From: Octopus vulgaris | Taxonomy: Eukaryota | Direction of reading: 5' to 3' | NCBI GenBank assembly: GCA_951406725.2 | Contig: OX597817.1 | Coordinates: forward strand, 141,856,001-141,920,000 | Length of the DNA: 64,000 bases | Part shown: positions 54,107 through 64,000 of the stretch, in pieces | Layout of the letters: every line of letters begins with the position of its first letter | How positions within the stretch are numbered: the first letter of the stretch is position 1 | The notes under the pieces: model-generated | Seen by the model: the letters and a program-made list of their open reading frames with translations, nothing else | Databases searched by the model: none | What the model was told of the DNA's origin: nothing | Made by a program: the position numbers and the translations under genes

Positions 54107-54442
54107 AGGGCATCTAAGAGATACCACCACGCTGGAAATTGCTGCCAAAACTTAACTCTAAAACCACATAAAATGTTCATTCCAGATCTCGGATTTTACA
54201 GGAATTATCCAGTAATTTTTTGCTAGTTTATTTGTCACTTTGTCTTCTCTCCTGGTGGTGTAATAACATTTAATGTGGTTTTAGAGTCAGGTTTTGGCTG
54301 CTATTTCCAGCATGGTGGTATCTCTTAGATACCATAAATTATAATTTTAATAATAATTTATTACCTTTGAAGGTTTTTATTCCCATGCTGGCCACCTGAT
54401 AAGATCGATATTATAATAACGACTTCATCCTTATTTATATAA

Positions 54443-54445
<3 letters not shown>
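54098..54445. mobile_element. Fold-back element, same family as 9584-10020
   Basis: Arms ~54098-54180 / ~54265-54345; (TA)n flanks. Confidence 0.7.
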
Positions 54446-54504
<59 letters not shown>

Positions 54505-54533
54505 GTGTGGGTGTAAATGAATCTTTGTATATA

Positions 54534-54575
<42 letters not shown>

Positions 54576-54750
54576 AAGATTCATTTACACCCACACCCAC
54601 GCATATATATATGATTATACATGATTATATAAATATATATATATATATACACACGTTCATGTCAAATAATGTATATATGCGTCAGCATGTTTGTATTTGT
54701 GTGTGTGACTGTGTGTCTGTATGTTTGTGTACGTATATATATATATATAT

Positions 54751-54810
<60 letters not shown>

Positions 54811-55126
54811 TGTGTGTGTGTGTGTGTGCGCGGTTTTCTTCGGTTCTGAGCAGGCTACTTATGAGATGGCATCAGTTTAGATGCTTTTGATTTTTCTGCA
54901 TATTTCTTATGTTTTACACAAAATTTTGAATAGCAATTTATTGTCGATGGTCGTTGCCACGGCAACGAGGCTCTCTGTAACCAAGTTTTCCAATGTTCCA
55001 AATTAAATTGAAGTAAATAAATTGGAAGACATAACAAATAGACAGATAATATGTAATAAAATGGAAGTAATCCATTTACCAATACCGATATATTTAGTTC
55101 CATGGAAATATAACGATCTCTAATAC

Positions 55127-55157
<31 letters not shown>

Positions 55158-55329
55158 CATACATACATACATACATACATACATACATACATGCATACAT
55201 ATACAAATCATACATACATACACAAATATATAGTTGTGTGTGTGTGTTTGCGTGTATGTGTGTGCATGCATGTTTGCATTAATTCACTCACAGATACACA
55301 GAGAAACACACACATACATCTATGTATCT

Positions 55330-55695
<366 letters not shown>

Positions 55696-56588
55696 GATGT
55701 ATGGATTGTGTATGTAATATACGACGCTGCCATCGTATCTTGTGTCTTGAAGTGTCTGTGTGGTTTATTAAATTGTTCAGTTGGCAGGAAAGTAAAAAAC
55801 AATATTTGTGTTAAATATCTATGCTTGTAATGTATTTTACATTCCTCCATCAAGCCTCATTAAGTCGTTAATAATCTCGATAAAGTCGTTGACGTAAGAC
55901 TCCTCACCAGATCTACAGATTCTTGTGGTTATCGACAAGCAAAAACCAAAAATTACCTTTATTTGTCAGAAACAAATGTCGAATTCTTAATTTGGTTCAT
56001 AGCATATTAGTTTTCTTTTTATAGACGTGTGTCACTATTGGTTGACTCATCTTTGCTGTATTATAGTTTCTAAAAATCATTTAAAGGCAGCGAGCTAGCA
56101 GATTCATTGCGTCGCCGTACTGAGTTCAAAGTGCCGCGGTGGTCGATTGAGCCTTTCATCATTCCGGGGTCGATAAAGCCGACTAGCGCCTCTTCCAAAA
56201 TTGCTGGCCTTGTGCCAATATTTGAAATCATTATTATTTGCTTAAAAGGCGGTGATCTGACAGAATTGTTACTGCGCCGTGTAAAATACTTAGCGGCGTT
56301 TCGTCCTTCCTTACACTTTTACATCTATTTCTGCCGAGATTGATTATGCCTTTTATCTTTGCATATTCGTTAAAATAGGTAACAGCTGAGCACTGTGGTC
56401 GATGTAACCGACTAATCCGCTTCCACAAAATTGCTGGCCTCGTACCAAAATTTTAAACCAAAATTGCTTGTTTAATATAGTTGACATCCAAAAGCGAACT
56501 CCAATATACCTGTTCTATATTTAAGACATGAGGAATTATGTACATTATTTACATTTGACAGATATTTGTCCTCATCTTGTTTGTTGTT

Positions 56589-56634
56589 ATCACAACGTTT
56601 CGGCTGATATACCCTCTAGCCTTCATCAGGTGTC
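56589..56634 (-). ncRNA. Minimal hammerhead motif
   Basis: GACAC CTGATGA A GGCT..AGCC GAAAC GTT GTG. Confidence 0.65.
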
Positions 56635-56699
56635 TTGGGGAAATTTTGAACCTAGGTTCTCATTCGTGAGATATTTTTCGATGTTATTATTATTATTAT

Positions 56700-57258
56700 T
56701 GAGTGAGAGAGCAGTGCATGCCATCAAAGTGACTCTGGGGTAAAATATACGAAGACCAATATAACCATCATGACTACCCGTCTGAGAAGGGTACACTAGG
56801 CACATGCATCACAAACATATGTGGGCGACATGGTGATCTCATATCAAGATAAACAGCACATGACCTTGTAGGTAGGGCCTAGTTAGAATTTTCTTCTGGT
56901 CGAGTAACCCATCCCGCTCAAAAGGACCCTGAATAAGGGATGTTTAAGGATGTTGAGCGAAACACCCATGTTTCCAGAGGTGAATTATTCAAACCCCAAA
57001 GAATCCCTCTCAACACATGGCTTTGATGCTCCCCCACTACTTCTGCTTGTGGTCAGAGATGCACATATCATCAGCCACTAAGGGACATGGTCAACTGGTT
57101 AAGGTCAAACAACTGACAAGCAAATCTGTGGTATTGAGCAGAATATTTGCTGTAGCCCATCTTTTATACCAAGACAAAACAATTTTCATGATAGCACTTC
57201 CAATCAGTTAAGATCAGAAGCCATGAGAGCCACTGTCTGGTACTGCATCAGGGCATTT
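56700..57258 (-). mobile_element. ~560-bp (TAA)n-inserted element, copy 2
   Basis: Reverse complement of 41318-41878. Confidence 0.8.
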
Positions 57259-57279
57259 GTTATTATTATTATTATTATT

Positions 57280-57830
57280 CTATGTTTGACTGTTGCTTTA
57301 TATTTGTACAAGTTGGCTCCAAGTCTCACCCAGACCTCAAGAGACAACAGGCTGGAAGTTCATGTTGTTGTTATGCCTAGTGTGCCATATATTTGGTTTT
57401 GTATTTAGTGTTGTACTAGTGAATGTCTAAAAAAAAAACGAAAACTAGGTTTGTTTTAAAACTTGGGATACATAGAAAGTATTTTGCGTAAGATATGAGC
57501 AGTTCCCATGAGCACTATCTTTTGTATTTCTGCCAATTTTGGGTTTCCTGGTATCTGAGTTAGGTAGCAATCAGCCCCTTTTGCTATCATTCTCAGGGCA
57601 TCTATGACAACAGGTATTGTTTTAGTCTTCAGGTTCCACATTTTGCTGATTTCTATTTCAAGATTTTTATATTTGCTCAGTTTTTGGTAGGTCTTGACAG
57701 ATACGTTTATATCGATTGGGACAGTCATATCAATGAGGAGGCATGTTCTTTGTCTGAAGTCTTTCAATATGATGTCTGGCCTATTTGCATCTATCTTTCT
57801 GTCAGTTTGAATGGTGAAGTTCCAGAGGAG
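57280..57830 (-). mobile_element. R4/Dong-clade LINE 3' end (restriction-like endonuclease)
   Basis: LWNFTIQTDRKIDANRPDIIL..LIDMTVP..KLSKYKNLEIEI..IPVVIDAL; inserted in (ATT)n. Confidence 0.85.
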
Positions 57831-57856
57831 TGAGATTATTATTAATATCATCATCA

Positions 57857-57946
<90 letters not shown>

Positions 57947-59532
57947 TCCCTGTCTGGAACCGAACTCGGAATCTTGGGGTTAGTAGCCCGCGTTCTAAAT
58001 CCAAGATTCCGAGTTCGATTCCAGGCAGGGACCTGAATAAATAATATTACATCTTGTTTGAGTCATATTAATGCTATCAGAAAACTGAAGTGTAAGGACG
58101 TCTTCAGTTGTATTTGAACCTGGCATGTACCGGAGGAAACCATTTTCTGTAAGACATACAGTTTGCCGCTGTTGTTTATTGAAAATATGATGACAGAATG
58201 TTTTTCCATTTCAATGGAGAAATTTATCGTAGAAGATACAATAAATATCTGCAGATATTTAGTTCGATTCTCCAACAATTTTAATGTTTAACTCAAGAGA
58301 ATTACTAAATATGGAAAGTCCTGACATTATTACAAGCAAAATTGCTTTAAATTCGTTTTATGACTGTGCTAACAAGCTGTCACTTTGCGCTAGTTGCTTG
58401 TAAACCGTGTAGATAAACCACGTTTGCTGTGCCAATGTTTAAAACCGAAATAAGAATCAACGATGTAAAAGAAGACAAATAATTCTAATCATAGTATTTG
58501 TAAACATGGTGATTCTACAGAATGAAACTCATTTCGGTATTTTCAATGATTGGTATTTGTAAGAAATCGAATGTGACTGCGAATGGTTTGAGAAAAAGCA
58601 GTAAATTAGCTTTAATGGAACAGAAAAAGAGATGTGTAAAGCGATGTAAAAGTTGGTGATGAAATAAGTGTGGGAGGAAGACGTCCGTTTACAGAAGAGA
58701 CGCAACGACGTGAATAAGAAATGAAGAATTCCGTTGAAAAATGGCTGTGAAGAAACACATTAACGATTATCTGTACTGAGAATAACCATCTAATTAATGT
58801 GGCAAGACTTAGATGTTGGAATCAGTCCTCACGAGGCACAGAATCAGATTAATTATTGATGTTCAATCGCCAATAACAAATTAGACAAATAATAACAATC
58901 ATAAGAGTAACAACGATAATAATATAACACCAATAAAAATAACCATAACAAGAACAGCACCAATAGATTATTTTGGATGAGACAGGGAGACAGCTGCATT
59001 GTGAAAACTATTTGTGTGATTTAGGTGTAAAAGCAGGTAATATATATTTTGTTACAATTATATCCCAAAAGACTTTGCTCACGTAAAAACTGTTCCTAAT
59101 CATACGAGGACGATTTTAAAAAAATACAGATACTATTTCACAAATGCTTAATAAAATCGACGGAGTAAGCTGATTCAGTTGATATGGTAATTGGGCGTGT
59201 ACAGCCTTTGATGATTTGAAAATTGTTCAATTATCGATTATTGAATTTTCACTTCGTTTCTGCTAAATCCTTAGAAAATTCAACATTACTATCTCCCATG
59301 TTTCTATTCCCGACTGAGGATTAATGCTTTGTCAACAGGAAAACATGATTGCAAATGGAATTATATTTTACATAATGCGCTAAAAAATAATTTTACTTAG
59401 TGCATATGTGCACATGTGTGTATCTATGTATGTATGTATGCATGCATGTATGTATATATATATATGTATGTATGTATGTATCCATAATTCTGTCTGTATC
59501 ACTCACTTCTTCCTGCGTATATGTGTGATTGA

Positions 59533-59568
<36 letters not shown>

Positions 59569-59573
59569 ATATA

Positions 59574-59936
59574 CTCTTTTACTTTTTTACTTGTTTCAGT
59601 CACTTGGCTGCAGCCATGCTGGAGCACCGCCTTTAGTCGAGCAAACCGACCCCAGGACTTATTCTTTGTAAGCCTAGTACTTATACTATCGGTCTCTTTA
59701 GCCAAACCGCTAAGTTACGGAGACGTAAACACACCAGCATCGTTGTCAGGCGATGTTGGGGCGACAAACACAGACACACAAACATATACACACACACATA
59801 TATATACATATATACGACGGGCTTCTTTTAGTTTTCGTCAAACAAATCCACTCACAAGGCTTTGGTCGGCCCGAGGCTATAGTAGAAGACACTTGCCCAA
59901 GGTGCCACGCAGTGGGACTGAACCTGGAACCATGTG
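59574..59936 (-). mobile_element. SINE family A
   Basis: Family A homology. Confidence 0.85.
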
Positions 59937-60111
59937 ATCCGTGGTAGTGAAGAACTCCTTATCTCTTTATTGCTGTGTGAATAACTCTTGCGTTGTTTGT
60001 AGTTGTAACATCCCATATTTTCTTCCTTAGATTATAATCAACTCCACTCTTAATCGTTTGCTGGCTCCAAGCATACAGAAATATATTATCGTTACATATA
60101 CGTATGTGTAT

Positions 60112-60176
<65 letters not shown>

Positions 60177-60390
60177 CAGACCGACAGACAGACGGACGGA
60201 CAGATAGATAGATAGATTGATATAGACAGACAGGCCGATAGACAGACAGACAGATAGATAGATACAGACATACATACATAGAGTCAGACAGATAGACAGG
60301 TAGACAGATAAACAGACGCACAGACGGACAGACAGACAGACTGATAGACAGACAGACAGACAGACATACAGATAGATAGATAGATAGATT

Positions 60391-60437
<47 letters not shown>

Positions 60438-60669
60438 TGATAGATAGATAGACAGCTATTGAGTAACACGCAAGCGCGCACATCTACTCACACACACAGA
60501 TTCACGCACAAACTGAAATGCAGAAGATGTCACGTGACTGGCATTTTACACCCCTGCGGTCTTTAGCGTGAAGAACTCAATGGCACCAAACTGGAGTCAC
60601 GAGATATATTCTCAGTTTCAGTTTCAGTAAAGCAACCACGCGCTATACATCTTGTATTGAGCACTTATT

Positions 60670-60960
60670 CATTCGGCTTGGGTCTCCGTTGGTTACGACG
60701 ACGAGTGTTCCAGTACTCATGAAATTAACATGCAACCACCTGGACAATCCCCACACCCGCGTACCCTAAACATAGTTCTCAAGGGCACGGAATGGGACAA
60801 GCCTGGCCGTTTTGAATTACATTAACGACTCATTTTTACCCACTGAATGAACTGGAAACAACGTGAAATAAAGCGTATTGCTCTAGGACACAGCTACCGC
60901 TGGTATCGAACACAGGATCTTACCATCATAAGCGTAATACCTTAACCACTTAGCCACGTT
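60670..60960 (-). mobile_element. SINE family C, decayed
   Basis: Homologous to 31810-32120. Confidence 0.6.
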
Positions 60961-61830
60961 TATTTGTTCGACTTAAAGTTTCCACCTGTCTAAGTCTACA
61001 AGATCAAACAAGCTAATGGACACTAACGTTTTACCCGTATCCCCAGCAGCAAAATTATAAATTGACTTATGTTACACGCGCTTAAATTTCTGACTTGCTT
61101 TTTTCTTTTCTTCTTAGAACAAATAAAAAAAGTTATTTGATTTACCACTGTTTCAAAATATGACCCAATATCTGATCCTCAATAATAGATATCGCTGCGT
61201 ACGGCAACTTTTATTGTTTGAAGAAACCTGTAGCGACATATAGATCGGTTAAGGTGCAGGACTGAATCAAGCTTTAGCTATGTATCGAGGAAGAATGTCT
61301 AGTTAAGGGGAAGGAATTTTTTTCCATCGACATTTCTGAAACGGCTTAGATCGATCCTCCTATTGACGAATATAGTAAGTCGATTCAAAGTACGTAACGA
61401 TCGATAAGGATACATGCAATAAATTTGCATTGCTGTGCTGGCATAACAATAACAAGAAATGGATATACGGGGTGATCGCAAATTCCCTCTAAGATTTATA
61501 TAAACTGGCCAGCTTCATGATGTAGGCATCCTTTTTCTTGCTCTTTAAATTCTTTTCCATGCCTGCTACCTCAATATCGCAGCCTTCAGTCAATTCGATA
61601 CTGCTTTCGCTTAAACACAGTCACTGCCAAACTGTGGCTGGCCACGGCTCTAGGATTCGATAATAACAGCTCTACTAATTTGTGCGTATGTATGTAAGCT
61701 TGTGTGTGTGCATGTGTGTTTCTTTATGGGTGTGTATCTGTGTAACTGATATGAAAAATAATTACATATGAATAGATATCCGAAAGGAAGTAAAAGAGGC
61801 ATTATTAGAGATATATACAAATATATATAC

Positions 61831-61973
<143 letters not shown>

Positions 61974-62018
61974 CATATGTATATGTATGTATGTATATCT
62001 CTCTCTATATATATATAT

Positions 62019-62155
<137 letters not shown>

Positions 62156-62305
62156 ATATGTGAGGTTTAGTACATTTCTGATCTACCTACGCTGGATTAT
62201 CACCGGAACGGCTGTAAGAAATCAAATTACCCTTATCCTAATTAAATTATTCTAAATGATTTGAGATACCAGTTCTGCCTTGGTTCTGGTTTTTCCTCTA
62301 ATATA

Positions 62306-62339
<34 letters not shown>

Positions 62340-62660
62340 AAGGTTATTTGCCAACATAATGTAGCAGTCCTCGTTTGGAGAAATGTTACTGTTATTTAGC
62401 CCCAGGAAATATCCTCTCCAACTGGCTATACGGCACACTATCTGAATCCTTATATTTTCGAACACGTGAGTTTAAAGTCCCCACTCAGCACAAAGTTATA
62501 TCTGCATACCGTAGTTTCTTGCTTTTTCTCTTCGTCAGCATAGAATAACTGCTTGGCTAGAGATGGCGCTGTGAAATTCCTGTTCGAAATATATAATTTT
62601 CAAAGTGACCCACATCACTGATGTAATGAATAGAATATATATATATATATATATAGATAG

Positions 62661-62691
<31 letters not shown>

Positions 62692-62759
62692 GAATATGTG
62701 AGGTTTAGTACATTTCTGATCTACCTACGCTGGATTATCACCGGAACGGCTTGCGTGGA

Positions 62760-62922
62760 GGCGCAATGGCCCAGTGGTTATGGCAGCGGACTTGCGGTCG
62801 GAGGATCGCGGTTTCGATTCCCAGACCGGGCGTTGTGTGTGTTTATTGAGCGAAAACACCTAAAAGCTCCACGAGGCTCCGGCAGGGGGTGGTGGTGATC
62901 CCTGCTGTACTCTTTCACCACT
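62760..62922 (+). mobile_element. SINE family B head
   Basis: GCGCAATGGCCCAGTGGTTA..GGTTTCGATTCCCAG. Confidence 0.8.
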
Positions 62923-63179
62923 CTAAAAAGGCGGTGCTCCAGCATGGCGGCAGTCAAAAGACTGAAACAAGTACAAAAAAAAAAAAAAAAAAATTATTTC
63001 TAAATATCTAAACGAGAGATTCAGTGACAGTACACCAAAGTAAAACTGATTTGCAAACATAAAATTATACTCCTGGTTAGGACGAATGTTACTGTTATTT
63101 AGCCCCAGGAAACATTCTCCAGCTGGCTGTACGACACACTATATATATAGATATATATATAAATATATATATATAAATA

Positions 63180-64000
63180 CGAGAAGCGTTCAATAAGTAA
63201 TGCCCCTGACCCACTTGCAGTTGTTTGATCTAGCTGAAATTTTGCATGTGCAATTATTCATATCTCTATAGATTAAGTGGCACATTACAGCTCTGAACTA
63301 ATTGTGGTTTCTGATTTACAGGTGTTTGAACTGAGTCAAGTGTGAAATGGAGCCTGTTGAGTGTCGAGCAGTGATCCGGTTTTTGTATTTGAAAGGACGC
63401 ACATCACAGGAGACTTTTCATGAAATGAAAGTAACTTATGGTGATGATGCCCCATCATATGACCTTGTAAAACTCTGGCATCGTGGATTCAAACATGGTT
63501 GGAACTCTGTGGAAACAGCTCCCAGATCTGGTCGCCCCCCTTCTGCCATTGATGAAGCATCTGTCCGTCAAGTTGAGGCTGCCATTTTGGAAGATCGACG
63601 CATAACTATTCGCCAAATAGCCCATGAGGTCAAGATTTGTACCGGGTCTATGGAAACTATCATTCATGACCATTTGCATATGCAAAAGGTGTCTGCCAGA
63701 TGGATTCCCAGGTTGCTCACACATTTCCAGAAGCAAGACGCGTCGAGTGCTTGAGGATGAATTTGGAGATGTGCCAAGAAGATGAGTCAAAATTTTTCAA
63801 AAGACTGATTACACAGGATGAAACCTGGGTCCATCACTATGATCCAGAGACCAAAGCCCAGTCAATGCAGTGGAAGCACTGTGACTCACCTCCTCCAAAG
63901 AAGGCAAGGGTGCAAGCCCTCCGCTGGCAAGGTCATGCTCGCAGTCTTCTGGGACCAGGACGGAGTAGTGATGACAGATTTCCTGGCAAAGGGTACCACA
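63180..64000 (+). mobile_element. Second mariner copy (runs off the window), frameshifted transposase from 63347
   Basis: TA|CGAGAAGCGTTCAATAAGTAATGCC TIR; highly similar to the 11708 copy. Confidence 0.95.

Larger units (their letters stand above)
56510..58045 (-). mobile_element. Second tRNA-headed hammerhead element, split by two nested insertions
   Basis: Tail + hammerhead 56510-56700; truncated head 57941-57992 plus inverted head 57995-58045. Confidence 0.75.

Noticed and set aside
62495-62545. Minus-strand CTGACGA..GAAACTACGGTA hammerhead-like string
   Set aside because: Stems I and II do not pair

Overview
AT-rich, microsatellite-dense animal DNA with no recognisable intact host gene. 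The tRNA/CORE-type SINEs look like octopus families, so the organism is probably a cephalopod (inference). Almost all ORF-track entries are translations of simple repeats. Recognisable content: many tRNA-derived SINEs, two irritans-type mariner copies, a rosa (DD41D) fragment, a non-autonomous Helitron, LINE fragments (R4/Dong, CR1, Tx1, RTE), a Penelope-like (PLE) reverse transcriptase remnant and an A4T4-rich satellite. The most striking signal is a set of small fold-back elements, mostly sitting in (TA)n tracts, several carrying minimal type I hammerhead ribozymes. They include (i) a 362-bp tandem array with a U3-A8 variant hammerhead and a terminal inverted copy, (ii) a full-length U6 snRNA copy fused to that array's 65-nt tail and folded back at the U6 +1 position, and (iii) a tRNA-headed, hammerhead-bearing SINE-like element present twice with head inversions. 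Together they suggest non-autonomous RNAs, including Pol III transcripts, mobilised by PLE machinery. That link is inference and has not been tested here. All coordinates were read by eye and are approximate to a few bases.
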